A stretch of DNA of 64,000 bases from an uncultured virus (IMG/VR IMGVR_UViG_3300001544_000071) (IMGVR_UViG_3300001544_000071), one strand, 5' to 3'. Numbered from the stretch's first letter, positions 17,620 to 28,360 are shown. Numbers and translations are program-made. The notes: generated from the sequence alone by a model not told the origin.

Positions 17620-19398
17620 GTGTCGGACGACCCGAAGAAAATATTAACGAAGTTCAAGTCTATTTTTTCCGGCGCACAGGATAGATTTACAATCCATGTA
17701 CCGCCGTTTACGCATAATGAGAAAAAACACAAGCAAGACGCTTCATGGGTGGGTTGGGCGCAGTACGGAAAAGCATCGTTCAAAGATATTCCTGACGGCT
17801 ATGAGCCGGGCGATGATGTTCCGGTAACAACAGAGCAATATAAAGCGCACTTAAATGGCGAAATGGGGCTTGCGCTTTCACCTTTAGTTCCGACAGTTGT
17901 GCTGTCTGACGGCGCAAAAGAAAATGTATGCGCTTACGGTATTATTGATATTGATACTTATGGTGTCAATTACACTTTTCTTATACAGAAACTGTACGCA
18001 AGCGGTTTCCAATTTGCAGCGTTCATGTCCAAATCCGGTGGCTTGCACATTTACTTTATGTTCAAGACCTACGAACCGGCGGCAGAAGTACGGCAGGTGT
18101 TGCTTGACCTTATAAAACTGTTTGGTTTACCCAAGCTGTACAAAGACGAAAAAAACGGCACATCCAAAGTAGAAGTATTTCCTGACCACGGAGAACGCAA
18201 GCCGGGAATGAAAGATAAATGTATCTTTCTACCGTTTTTTGATGCGTTAGGCGAATGTCCAAATAAAATGATTACAGCGGAAGGCAAGCTGGTAGGAATA
18301 ACCAAGGCTTTACCGCTTATTGAGAAGCAGTTTACAACCTTAAATGAGGTCAAGGCTGTTATATCCGCCTTGCCGTATTCTGATGCGCCCTATTGTATCC
18401 AAGCTGCCCTTTTGAACGGTGCGCTTTGGGAAGGTTCACATCGCAATGATTTTTTGTTTACTGTTGCTCTTTATCTTAAACTAAAGCACGGTAAGGATGC
18501 TTTCACCCTAGAAATGCTGGCGGAAGCTAACAGCAGGTTTGAAGAACCTCTGGAAGCAAAGCATGTAGAAACGTGCCACAGAAGCGCGTCCGAGGGGGAT
18601 TTTCCTCTGCTTGGGCAGTGCAAAAAAGAACCTATGGCTACGTTTTGCGACAGGGTAGCTTGTAAAGAAAGAAAATATGCTGCGGTCAAAAAAGACAAAA
18701 ATAACGTAGCGTCCAACATTGAGTTCGGACAAGTGTTTCGTATGAAAGCGGAAACGCCATACTATTTGCTGGAAGCAAGATTGGCCGGAGATGAAGGTGA
18801 TTTTAAGGTATTACGTGTCGATGCTGCTGAAAACTTTTTGAACCAAAAAACAATACAAAAAGAGTGTGTTGATAAATTGGGGCAAATAATGTGGACAGTG
18901 AAACAACAGGTATGGGAGGAGCGAGTAAATGCTGTACTGCAAAACTTACAAGAAAAAGAAGTGCCGAAAGAAATTGACACTTCGGAATTGTCTGATTTAC
19001 GTGAATTGTTTCATAGATACCTTACGCATAAATGCGCTTCGATTAACACCCCTAACCGTATCAATCTTAAACAAGTTTACTTTGCAGATGGGGTTTATTA
19101 TTTCAAGAATGACGGGGTAAAAGACTATCTGCGAATAGCCAAGTATACGTTAGGCAGAGTAAACTTGACGGAAGAATTAAAGCGTTTCGGTTGCACCGAA
19201 GGCGAAGTAAGCTGGATACGCAAAGACGGTACTTTAGCTGTTGTTAAATGTTGGATGAAACAAGAAGACGATGTGTTAAAAGAAATGACTCGTTTCTTCG
19301 ATGACGTTGTTGACGAAGATGCGGAGATAATAGCACAAAACAAATTAAACAAAGGGGGAGACGATGGGGAAGCAGAAAAAGAAGAAAGACGTTTCTGA
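17620..19398 (+). CDS. AEP-family DNA primase
   Basis: IDID, SKSGGLHIY, HRNDFLF (PriCT-like) motifs. Confidence 0.8.
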   Translation: MSDDPKKILTKFKSIFSGAQDRFTIHVPPFTHNEKKHKQDASWVGWAQYGKASFKDIPDGYEPGDDVPVTTEQYKAHLNGEMGLALSPLVPTVVLSDGAKENVCAYGIIDIDTYGVNYTFLIQKLYASGFQFAAFMSKSGGLHIYFMFKTYEPAAEVRQVLLDLIKLFGLPKLYKDEKNGTSKVEVFPDHGERKPGMKDKCIFLPFFDALGECPNKMITAEGKLVGITKALPLIEKQFTTLNEVKAVISALPYSDAPYCIQAALLNGALWEGSHRNDFLFTVALYLKLKHGKDAFTLEMLAEANSRFEEPLEAKHVETCHRSASEGDFPLLGQCKKEPMATFCDRVACKERKYAAVKKDKNNVASNIEFGQVFRMKAETPYYLLEARLAGDEGDFKVLRVDAAENFLNQKTIQKECVDKLGQIMWTVKQQVWEERVNAVLQNLQEKEVPKEIDTSELSDLRELFHRYLTHKCASINTPNRINLKQVYFADGVYYFKNDGVKDYLRIAKYTLGRVNLTEELKRFGCTEGEVSWIRKDGTLAVVKCWMKQEDDVLKEMTRFFDDVVDEDAEIIAQNKLNKGGDDGEAEKEERRF

Positions 19399-19532
19399 TA
19401 CTTCTATAAGCGGTAGTTATAATCCTGTTACAATACGCGATGACATACACGAACTGCGTCAGTTTTATAAATTACCGTGTAGAAAATGCGCTTACCACGA
19501 AACGCCTCTTTGTAAAGAAAAGGAAGCAGAGT

Positions 19533-20204
19533 ATGAAAATGACAAGCGCGCTAATAAACGCATGGCAGTGGTATGTAGACTGTCCTCCTACTTGGAAGGA
19601 CAGGGCTATGATGAGCCTTAAAAACACGCTTATAGGCGGTTTTACAGGGAGTGTAGCTACCGAAAGAGGCGATGCGTATGAAGCTAAGATAAACAAAGTG
19701 CTTAATACAGGAACGGGATTATCCGGGCCTGAAAAGCAGTTTTCTTTTCTGCAAGGCATGACACAGCAGGCTTGGATAAATCCATTAACTGTAGAGATAA
19801 AAAGAGGCAGAAAGAAACTGTCCTTTACTTTCAAAGGTAAAATGGATTATATCGGCGTACCGAAGCTAAAAGTACCAAACACAGATTGGCTTGGCGAAAA
19901 GATTATTGCGGATATGAAAACAACGCAAGGCGAAATTAAGCGCGATAAGTACACGGACAGTATGCAGCATATTATTTATTGCCTTGCCATGAACGTAGAA
20001 AAGTTTGTCTACTGCATTGCTCGGTTTCAGGGCGAGACTACCATGACACCAATACAGACTTCGATTATCCCGGTACAGCTTGAAGCCGGATTAGAGTACG
20101 AGCGCAAGATACTTACACAAAAAGTATCCGGCTTGGTAGATTTTTTGCACACACATTTACTGTGGGATGATTATTTCAATGTTTTTAACGGGGGGAAACC
20201 ATGA
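19533..20204 (+). CDS. PD-(D/E)XK (Cas4-like) exonuclease
   Basis: GKMD...IADMKTT...MQHIIY. Confidence 0.75.
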   Translation: MKMTSALINAWQWYVDCPPTWKDRAMMSLKNTLIGGFTGSVATERGDAYEAKINKVLNTGTGLSGPEKQFSFLQGMTQQAWINPLTVEIKRGRKKLSFTFKGKMDYIGVPKLKVPNTDWLGEKIIADMKTTQGEIKRDKYTDSMQHIIYCLAMNVEKFVYCIARFQGETTMTPIQTSIIPVQLEAGLEYERKILTQKVSGLVDFLHTHLLWDDYFNVFNGGKP

Positions 20205-20650
20205 CAACTCTTACCTATCTCGATGTAGAGCTAAAAGAAAAGATGCTTGATAAACCGCAAGATGTCGCAACGCAGCACTTGTTAACCTTTCTTGAGCGTC
20301 ATAAGGCTCTTGTCGAGAAAGGTATAACATTACGTTTTTCGTTAGGGTTTGCACATGGCAGAAAGAGAAGCTCTACAACATCAAATGTGTTATCTTTAGA
20401 TATACTTCTTTCTGCTTCCGAAGCGGTGAAGATTTGGGAAAAAGAAAATGAGCATGGAAAATATACCTTTAATTTTGGTTCACGTACCTTTATGTACAAT
20501 GAAAAGCCTGTGTATTTATCGCCGCAGGAGCAGCTTGTTTTATATCAATTGCTTGTTCTTAAACATACTGCTGTTGATGTCTGCTGGGCGCAGATTTTAT
20601 TCAGACTGCGAAAAAGGTTTGGGGAAACTTTTCTGAAAGGATTTTTATGA
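20201..20650 (+). CDS. Hypothetical protein with possible C-terminal winged helix
   Basis: LSPQEQLVL...LFRLRKRFG resembles an OmpR-type wHTH. Confidence 0.5.
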   Translation: MTTLTYLDVELKEKMLDKPQDVATQHLLTFLERHKALVEKGITLRFSLGFAHGRKRSSTTSNVLSLDILLSASEAVKIWEKENEHGKYTFNFGSRTFMYNEKPVYLSPQEQLVLYQLLVLKHTAVDVCWAQILFRLRKRFGETFLKGFL

Positions 20651-22140
20651 GTATAACTTTTAAGGCAAAAGATGTTGTTGTTTATATTGCCGGGGCTGGA
20701 AGCGGTAAAACTACAGCCCTTAGACAAGACCTTACAGGCATGTTAAAGGTTTATAAACCAAATGAGGTTGCTTTCACAACCTTTACAAAAAAAGGTGTGG
20801 CGACCGGGATTGAGCAGGTAATGCAGCACACAAGACTTGAAAAATCAGACTTACTGTATTTTCAAACTTTACATAGCATGTGTTTTAGACAGTCCGGGTT
20901 GACGAAGGTTAATATGTTGGAAAACAAAGACATAGACGCTTTTAATAAAACAACAGGTTATAAGTTATCTTCGGTAAAGGCTTGGGGAAATCAATCCGAA
21001 GACGACAGACTGTTAGAACGGTATAATGCTATACGTTCCGGGGCAAAGCAAGGCATAATAATTCATGCTAAGTATGATGAAGAAAGATATTACCGGCTGA
21101 CAAAAGCGTATGAAAAGTTCAAGGAAGTGAATAACCTCGTAGACTTTTACGATTGTCTTTTAAGGTATATGGAAGTAGGTAAGCCGTTGCCTTGTGCTGC
21201 TTTGTTTTTAGACGAAGCGCAAGACGTTACTGCGTTACAATGGCGTGTCATAACAAAGGCTTCGCAAAATTGCGAAAAGATAAGAATTGCCGGCGACCCT
21301 ATGCAGGCCATATTTTCGTATCAAGGAGCGGAACCGGGTATCCTTATCAGTCTTGCCAAGAAATACCATACTGTTGAGCTTAATCGCACCTATAGACTAC
21401 CTGAAAGAATATGTGTGCTGGCCGATACTATTGTTGAAGTAACGCAGGAAAAAATGCCGCGAAAACATATACCTGTTAAAAAAATAAAAGGCCATGTACA
21501 AGAAATTGTGGACAGGGAAGTTTTTGGACGTATAATAAAGAAGGATTATGCAGAAAACAGCAAACAACCGTATCGCTGGTTTGTACTTTTTAGGTGTAAT
21601 CATTTTTTATCGGATGTTACGTCTGTGCTGGAACAGCTTATAATTCCATACCATACGTCAGAAGATTTTGTTTTGGCGGATAGGGAATTAAATAAAATAC
21701 GCCGGTACTATGACCATAGGAAAGAAGGGTACAGTACTGAAAAAAGACGTTTAGAGTTTATGGAGCGATATGGTATAAAAGATATTAACGATTGCTTCAC
21801 AGAAAGCAATTTAATACCAAGCAGCAGGCGTTATATCTATCTCGATTATGTAGAAAAATACGGCATAGATGCTTTAATAGTAATGTCCAAAGCACCGCCG
21901 TTTTGTCTGGTAACAACCGTACATAAGGTAAAGGGCGGTGAGGCAGATAATGTCGCTGTGTTTCTTGATGCTACACCGCAGGTACAAGATAATGTAATTG
22001 TTGACGCAGACCAAGAACTTAGGATTTTCTATGTTGCTTGCACACGCGCAAAAGAAAGCCTGTACGTTGTACAGCCGGTACGGAAGTTCAATATACGCGA
22101 TGTTTGGGAAAGCGTTGTCGCCGAAGGAGGGCCGTTTTGA
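20647..22140 (+). CDS. UvrD/Rep-like SF1 helicase
   Basis: AGAGSGKT, LDEAQD, GDPMQAIF, TVHKVKGGE, YVACTRAK. Confidence 0.92.
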   Translation: MSITFKAKDVVVYIAGAGSGKTTALRQDLTGMLKVYKPNEVAFTTFTKKGVATGIEQVMQHTRLEKSDLLYFQTLHSMCFRQSGLTKVNMLENKDIDAFNKTTGYKLSSVKAWGNQSEDDRLLERYNAIRSGAKQGIIIHAKYDEERYYRLTKAYEKFKEVNNLVDFYDCLLRYMEVGKPLPCAALFLDEAQDVTALQWRVITKASQNCEKIRIAGDPMQAIFSYQGAEPGILISLAKKYHTVELNRTYRLPERICVLADTIVEVTQEKMPRKHIPVKKIKGHVQEIVDREVFGRIIKKDYAENSKQPYRWFVLFRCNHFLSDVTSVLEQLIIPYHTSEDFVLADRELNKIRRYYDHRKEGYSTEKRRLEFMERYGIKDINDCFTESNLIPSSRRYIYLDYVEKYGIDALIVMSKAPPFCLVTTVHKVKGGEADNVAVFLDATPQVQDNVIVDADQELRIFYVACTRAKESLYVVQPVRKFNIRDVWESVVAEGGPF

Positions 22141-22502
22141 TAGCGAAACGAATTGAGGATTTGGAAAAACTTGTCTTGTTTATTGCAAACGAAACATTAG
22201 ATTATAAGGCTTGTCAGCAACTTATGGCAGCTACAAACTATGGGTTTTGTATGGACTGTCATAAAATAATACACAATTCCGAATTGTACGGCACAGGAAG
22301 CGCAGGTTTTCGATGTTATTCATGCAAAAAGGCGTGGGCGAAAAAATGAAGCCCGTCCTTAAAATAAAGCCGTTGCATAAATGTGACGGCTGTATAGCTT
22401 CGGAATGGAAACCACGTAATAATCGGCGCAAAAGCCGGTGGTGTAACAAAAATCGCTGTTGGGCAGTATTTGTTGTGGCTGGCTGTAAAGGCATAAAATG
22501 CG

Positions 22503-22688
22503 ATGCCCGGCAGAAAGAATAAATCCAAACCGGATAAAACAATTGAAGAACTGCGGCGCAGGATTGATGACCCTGCATACATGCAAGCGGCTATTGAAGG
22601 GCTGGCGGAAAAGCTGGCTAAGGAAGTAACGAAAAATGAAAGTAAGAGAAGTATCACTCGATATAGAAACGTCAGACCCGTTACTTGA
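22503..22688 (+). CDS. Small protein resembling the C-terminus of FlgM anti-sigma
   Basis: IEELRRRIDDPAYMQAAIEGLAEKL; weak SD; overlaps polA start. Confidence 0.4.
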   Translation: MPGRKNKSKPDKTIEELRRRIDDPAYMQAAIEGLAEKLAKEVTKNESKRSITRYRNVRPVT

Positions 22689-24891
22689 CGACACCGGCCC
22701 AAGCTGGACACATGGACAGGGCAAGGTACTTGTTACCGGGCTGTACGATGTAGCAAAAAAGAGAGCCGGGTACATAGATGGGGCAGGCGGAAAAACTGTC
22801 CGGGAAATGTTTACTTCTGCTTCTACGACAATCATTGGAGCAAAAGTACAGTATGATGCCGGTTGGCTTGTGCATGAACACGGCCTTGACTGGCGTGATG
22901 TGAAATGTAATTTTATTTGTGTTCAAATAGCTGAAAGTCTGGTTGACCAATACCAGCCTTTTAAGCTCGATGATTTAGCATGGAAATACCTGAAAGAACG
23001 AAAAGGCGCAGGGGATTTACCAAGGATTTGCGCATCGCTTGGATTAAAAGGCGATTTTAGAAAACATCTTGCAACGCTTTGGGAAAAAGGTGAAAAATAT
23101 CGTGCTTTAATACGAAATTATTGTGTCAGCGATGCAGACCAACCGGCGCGGATTTGGGAAAAGCAGAAGAAAATCCTTGAAGAAACCGGGCAGATGGAAG
23201 CGTTCATTATAAACATGAAAATGCTGAAAGCCATGTGTAAAGCGAAAGCTCGCGGTGTACGGATTGATTATGAACGCTGGCAACACAATTGTAAGGTTGT
23301 AAAAGAGATACATGATAAATTGTCCGAGCAGTTCCACAGGAAGTACGGTGAAGTAAACTTGCGAAGCCCAAAACAAATGGGCGAGTTTATGACCAAACAT
23401 AACGTTCCTTTCAAATGGCGTATAACGGTGCGCGGTTTAGAACCGGATGAAGTTATTACTGAAAAGGTTTATAAAAAAACTGGAATTAAAAAAATAACAA
23501 AAAAGTCCGGGTTCAAAGTAGGCCAGCATGGTTTTGAAGGGACGCAGGTTGCGGAGCATCGCAAAAAACTTAAAGACGATTTTCCGACTATCCGCATAGA
23601 AAAAGATAAACTTAAAATCTATGAGGATGACCAGTACAAAGAAAGAACATTAACGCAGCTTACAGCTAAAGGGTACAACGTAATTGTCGGTCCTTGTATT
23701 GACAAGTATTTTTTGCTGGAAAACAAGCATACGCATCCAATCGTAGCCGACCTTGTTGAGTATAAACAGGTGAAGGATATAATCAGCAAGTTTTTGGGCG
23801 AGAAGTTTGGTCGATACTTGGTATATCATAAAAGCAAGAAGGAGTGGCGACTACATGCAAACTTCAATCCGGTGGGAGCTAGACAAACCGGCAGGCTATC
23901 ATCGAATGGGCCGAACCTACAAAACATTCCGTCAAAAACTGTTCTTTTTGCGGGAACTGAATATGAGGTTGATTTGTCCGTTATGTGCCGTGAAATCTTC
24001 CTGCCGGAAAAAGGACACATTTTTGTTAAGCTGGATTTTTCCGGTCAGGAAAACAGGCTGCAAGCGCATTTCGCGGTGGGAGCAAGCGGTAGACGTATTA
24101 GAAAAATGTACCGTGATAATCCGAGGCTGGATGAACACAAGTTTGTCGGAGAAGCATCAGGACTCGTTGAGGAGTTCGGACCGGACAAAGGACGAAAGTT
24201 CGCAAAAAACGTGCGCTTTGGGCTTTCATACGGTATGCAACTCATTCGGATGTGCTTACAGTTTGGGTGGGTTAAGGACTTTGCCCAAAAGCTGTCAGAT
24301 GCGGTTAAGGACGCTTCCCCGTGGTTCGTAGAGACAATGGAAGAAGTACAGGCAGTTGTACGTGAGCGTGGCTACATAATAACGCTCTTAGGCAGAAGAA
24401 TATGGCTAAAAGGCTGGAAGAATATGTCTAAAGCCGAACTTGCTTTTGCCAAAGTCTACGCCTTCTACAACTACCTTATACAAGGTTCAGCGTCAGACCA
24501 AACCAAAGCCTGTCAGGTAGCCTGTGACGAGACGGAGACAGAGGAAAGATTACTGCTGACCGTACACGATGAGGGAGATTTCTCTCTGCCTATGACAAAA
24601 GCTGGATTAGCAAGGCTTAAAGAGCTTGTACGGATACACTGTGAAACCCTACCGATTGATGTGCCTGTTATTTGCGACCCGGAATTGGGAACAGATTGGG
24701 CGCATCTTGAAGGGCAAAAGCTGGATAACAACGGATACCCAACAGAAACTATTGACGAACTGTGGGAACGTATGTGTAAAATAGTTGAGTCGGGTGAAAG
24801 AGCCAAGCCCCGCATATTCGACTTGGCGGATATAGAAGACTTGGAAACTGATGAAGATGAGGAGGAAGATGAAGATGTAGAAGTAGCGTGA
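22636..24891 (+). CDS. polA: DNA polymerase family A
   Basis: Exo LDIET; TGRLSS.GPNLQNIP; motif A LDFSGQE; motif B AKNVRFGLSYG; motif C VHDE. Confidence 0.95.
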   Translation: MKVREVSLDIETSDPLLDDTGPSWTHGQGKVLVTGLYDVAKKRAGYIDGAGGKTVREMFTSASTTIIGAKVQYDAGWLVHEHGLDWRDVKCNFICVQIAESLVDQYQPFKLDDLAWKYLKERKGAGDLPRICASLGLKGDFRKHLATLWEKGEKYRALIRNYCVSDADQPARIWEKQKKILEETGQMEAFIINMKMLKAMCKAKARGVRIDYERWQHNCKVVKEIHDKLSEQFHRKYGEVNLRSPKQMGEFMTKHNVPFKWRITVRGLEPDEVITEKVYKKTGIKKITKKSGFKVGQHGFEGTQVAEHRKKLKDDFPTIRIEKDKLKIYEDDQYKERTLTQLTAKGYNVIVGPCIDKYFLLENKHTHPIVADLVEYKQVKDIISKFLGEKFGRYLVYHKSKKEWRLHANFNPVGARQTGRLSSNGPNLQNIPSKTVLFAGTEYEVDLSVMCREIFLPEKGHIFVKLDFSGQENRLQAHFAVGASGRRIRKMYRDNPRLDEHKFVGEASGLVEEFGPDKGRKFAKNVRFGLSYGMQLIRMCLQFGWVKDFAQKLSDAVKDASPWFVETMEEVQAVVRERGYIITLLGRRIWLKGWKNMSKAELAFAKVYAFYNYLIQGSASDQTKACQVACDETETEERLLLTVHDEGDFSLPMTKAGLARLKELVRIHCETLPIDVPVICDPELGTDWAHLEGQKLDNNGYPTETIDELWERMCKIVESGERAKPRIFDLADIEDLETDEDEEEDEDVEVA

Positions 24892-24922
24892 GGATTATAA
24901 ACAAAATTATAAAGGAGCAAAC

Positions 24923-25177
24923 ATGAAAGAAAACCTTGGTAAGAAGGGCCGGGACAAAATAACCGGCTTTGAAGGCACAATTACTGTGTATGCACAGCAT
25001 TTGTACGGGTGCGATAGTTATGTATTAACTCCGCGCACAAAAGAAAACAAAAAGGAAAGCGGCGAGTGCTTTGATGTTGGCCGCATTGAAATCCTTGAGC
25101 AAGAAGTAACGGCAGAAGAAGTAGCCGACCCGTCAGGTAAGAAAGGCGGGGAAGATATTTCCTGCTTGGTGGAGTAA
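24923..25177 (+). CDS. Hypothetical phage protein (DKITGFEG...GC)
   Basis: AAGGAG SD. Confidence 0.8.
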   Translation: MKENLGKKGRDKITGFEGTITVYAQHLYGCDSYVLTPRTKENKKESGECFDVGRIEILEQEVTAEEVADPSGKKGGEDISCLVE

Positions 25178-25180
25178 GGT

Positions 25181-26140
25181 ATGCCAAAGATAGCCTATCA
25201 AAGTGGGTTCATTCGCCCATTAGGACAGCGAATGATACGTTACGTGAATGAGATTGTCGAAGCGTACAATGTGATGGGCTATCAGTTGACGCTCCGGCAA
25301 GTCTACTACCAACTGGTAGCCAGAGATATTATTCCAAACAGTGATAAATCGTATCATAATCTTGGGGAACTGGTAAGCAAAGGCAGACTACTAGGACTTA
25401 TCGACTGGTATGCTATTGAGGACAGAACAAGATTTGTACGAAAACTTTCCCATTGGAATGAGCCGTCTGAAATTGTTCATTCGGCAGTCAATTCTTACAG
25501 GATTGACCTTTGGGAAGACCAACCGCAATACGTGGAAGTATGGGTTGAAAAAGATGCGCTGATTGGAATTGTACAACAGGTTGCTAATAAGTTTGATGTA
25601 CCTTGCTTTTCTTGCCGGGGCTATACTTCACAAACGGAAATGTGGAACGCTGCTAAAAGGCTTCAAGAGAAATCTTATGAAGGCGAACGGCCTGTGAAAA
25701 TTATTCACCTTGGCGACCATGACCCTTCGGGTATTGATATGACAAGGGATATATTTGACAGGATTGATATGTTTATGGCCGGCGGTTTTGGCGAGGAGCC
25801 GATACACGTAGATTTTGCAATCAACCGTATTGCGCTGAACATGGACCAAATCAAGAAGTATAAGCCGCCGCCAAATCCGGCCAAAGTAACCGATGCCCGG
25901 TTTGACAAGTACGTTAAGAAGTTCGGTAATACTTGTTGGGAACTTGATGCTATTGAGCCTGACAAGCTCGATGCGCTTATTGGTTCTACCATTGTTGACT
26001 ATATGGACAAAGAAAAAATGAAGCAGCGTCAGGCGCAAATGGAAGAACAGAGGGAACAGCTTAAAGATGCTGTTGAGTTTGTCGCTTATCCTGACCGTTG
26101 GTCTAGGACTGGAAAACAGGGGTATTATTTTGGAGAATAA
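25181..26140 (+). CDS. Topo VI-A/Spo11-like wHTH-TOPRIM protein
   Basis: LTLRQVYY, VWVEKDAL, LGDHDPSG, WELDA. Confidence 0.8.
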   Translation: MPKIAYQSGFIRPLGQRMIRYVNEIVEAYNVMGYQLTLRQVYYQLVARDIIPNSDKSYHNLGELVSKGRLLGLIDWYAIEDRTRFVRKLSHWNEPSEIVHSAVNSYRIDLWEDQPQYVEVWVEKDALIGIVQQVANKFDVPCFSCRGYTSQTEMWNAAKRLQEKSYEGERPVKIIHLGDHDPSGIDMTRDIFDRIDMFMAGGFGEEPIHVDFAINRIALNMDQIKKYKPPPNPAKVTDARFDKYVKKFGNTCWELDAIEPDKLDALIGSTIVDYMDKEKMKQRQAQMEEQREQLKDAVEFVAYPDRWSRTGKQGYYFGE

Positions 26141-26141
26141 A

Positions 26142-26360
26142 ATGGAAACAATAGGTGTTTTCATAGAAGCAGATGAAAACGATGACGGTGTGTTCAAAAT
26201 TGGTACTGATGAAGGTATTTTTATTACCTTAGCGCACGAACACATATTAAATGCAGCGACTGAAATCATATTAGATAAAGTCGCAAAGAAGAAGTTCCAA
26301 CCAACACCTGAAATAACTGTGCTTCGTGTAGCTTTACAAAAAATGGCAGAGCAAAAATGA
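26142..26360 (+). CDS. Hypothetical protein
   Basis: GGAG SD; coupled ORF. Confidence 0.6.
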   Translation: METIGVFIEADENDDGVFKIGTDEGIFITLAHEHILNAATEIILDKVAKKKFQPTPEITVLRVALQKMAEQK

Positions 26361-26761
26361 TTGGAAACATGAAACGCATAATTAACCTCTGCAACGGTCC
26401 GTACACAGATGAGGCTGACTTCAAAAAGGCTTTTCTTCTGCAAATGCGAAAACGGTTTAGAGGTGTAACATTTTTTGAAATTGAAAACGAAAAAGAAGAT
26501 GGTATGCCGGACATATTGGCAGCCAGTTACGGCCAACCTGCCGTATTTACAGAATTAAAGTTTATCAGGGAAGACGGCAAAGCGGTGTTTCAACCAACAC
26601 AGCCGCTTTGGTATAAAATAAACGCAAAACTGCGTATACAAATAATTGCATGGGATAGCCGTAACAGAACTGTTGTATGGATTGACCCGGCGTATGTTGT
26701 ACGCAAAAAAGAATTGCGTATTGATGTTCCATTGGAGATTAAGGAGGAAATTGAGATATGA
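26357..26761 (+). CDS. VRR-NUC-like nuclease / resolvase
   Basis: E..F...GMPD...ELK...Q..W. Confidence 0.75.
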   Translation: MIGNMKRIINLCNGPYTDEADFKKAFLLQMRKRFRGVTFFEIENEKEDGMPDILAASYGQPAVFTELKFIREDGKAVFQPTQPLWYKINAKLRIQIIAWDSRNRTVVWIDPAYVVRKKELRIDVPLEIKEEIEI

Positions 26762-28149
26762 AATGGCTGATAATCCCAACCCAATCATTTTCGGGTGGCA
26801 AATTGAAGAAAAAAGAAGAAGTTACTTTTGAAGATTTGCCGTGGATTGTCAGGCTATTTTTGAAAGTATTTAAGAACAGAGTGTTTGTTATCCATGATGA
26901 AATAAGCTGGATAAAAACAAATGTACCGATGGACGAAAAAAAGAAAAGCTCCCGTAGCCGCACAATAAAGCTGTTGGAACAATACAGCGAGTCTCGATGC
27001 GGTATGACCGGGACGCTTATGACAAAAAGCCCGGTTAATGTTTTAGACCCGTATCAGTTTCTTTCTAAATCCTTCTTTGAAGGGGAAAGCGCGTGGGACA
27101 TTGCGGAAACATATTCGATTATGATTACCCTTCGTGCAGCTAAAGGCGCAAGGGTAATCATACCGCAAAAAGAATGGGACGCAATACGCAAACGTATGAT
27201 AAATGCTTATAAGTTTGGCGGTGAAGTACAGCTTGCAGGGTGCAGAGTAAGGCTGCGAAAAGAGTATGGGCTTTCAAAAGAGGAATGTGAACATATTCTT
27301 ATAAGCAAACAATATAACCCATTCATTAACATTGACCAGCTTATGAAGCGCATGTCCAGCGTAACCATGACTGTAAATCGTGAGGACATTTTTGATATTT
27401 CCCACGATAAGTTTGTCTATAAACCTATACGCAGATATGTTACAATAAGTGACCAAGCGAAAACATTGGGTAATCAGCTTGTAAAAGTAGGGTTTACTGA
27501 TAACATTACTTTGGGTAAAACAAAAGCCTTGGAATTGATGATAAGGCTACAGGATTTATGCAATGGATTTGAACCAATTAAAGACGATGCCGACCTTATG
27601 GCTGCTGAAATTGCGGCAATGGAAGGCCGAAAAGTCAAAGTTCCGGTTCGTTACGAACCGTTACCGGAAAATCCTAAGCTGGATGCTCTTGTTGATTTAC
27701 TCCAAGAAATTGACACCAATAAAAATCAAGTCGTGGTCTGGTGTTCTAGGCGAAACGCCTTTGCGTCAATTGAAGAAAGACTTACAAAAGAAGGAATATC
27801 TTTTGTATCGTATTCCGGTTCCCAAACTGATGAGCAGAAGAAAGAAGCCGAACAAGCCATTACTGACGGTTCAGCAAGGATTTTCATTGCAAATCCTGCT
27901 TCTGCCGCGTTTGGACTTAATGCACTCAAGGAACTTAACTATATGGTGTGGTACACGGTCGGCGCATCGGTTGAGCAATACCATCAGGCGCAGCATAGAA
28001 TATTGCGCGGACAATCCAAAGCACCTAAGTTCGCATACGAAATATGCGTTAAAGGGTCAGTTGAAGAACGTAACTATAGAACGCTCGAAGCCGGACAAGA
28101 ATTGTTAGGTGAAGCTAACAATGCTGATATATTCCGGTTTGCAGCATAA
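26758..28149 (+). CDS. SNF2-family helicase, C-terminal part (motifs II-VI; no Walker A)
   Basis: HDEIS, MTGT, VVVWC, AAFGLN, QAQHRILR. Confidence 0.85.
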   Translation: MKWLIIPTQSFSGGKLKKKEEVTFEDLPWIVRLFLKVFKNRVFVIHDEISWIKTNVPMDEKKKSSRSRTIKLLEQYSESRCGMTGTLMTKSPVNVLDPYQFLSKSFFEGESAWDIAETYSIMITLRAAKGARVIIPQKEWDAIRKRMINAYKFGGEVQLAGCRVRLRKEYGLSKEECEHILISKQYNPFINIDQLMKRMSSVTMTVNREDIFDISHDKFVYKPIRRYVTISDQAKTLGNQLVKVGFTDNITLGKTKALELMIRLQDLCNGFEPIKDDADLMAAEIAAMEGRKVKVPVRYEPLPENPKLDALVDLLQEIDTNKNQVVVWCSRRNAFASIEERLTKEGISFVSYSGSQTDEQKKEAEQAITDGSARIFIANPASAAFGLNALKELNYMVWYTVGASVEQYHQAQHRILRGQSKAPKFAYEICVKGSVEERNYRTLEAGQELLGEANNADIFRFAA

Positions 28150-28159
28150 GGAGAGTAAA

Positions 28160-28360
28160 ATGAGAATATGCGGTTGTGAAGGTTGTAGTTGTCATATAAA
28201 TCCGCCGTGCAATTCGTGCATTACGCATTTTAATTGCGCTAACTGTAACGTGTCGGTGTGTCAAGACGAGTGTGATGATGATAACGAGTTCCTGTGGAAC
28301 GAATTGTCAGTAAACCAATTGTGTAGCACATGCTTAACGTATACTTTAGTAGGAGTTTGA
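28160..28360 (+). CDS. Small Cys-rich protein
   Basis: CSCHINPPC motif; AAGGAG SD. Confidence 0.7.
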   Translation: MRICGCEGCSCHINPPCNSCITHFNCANCNVSVCQDECDDDNEFLWNELSVNQLCSTCLTYTLVGV

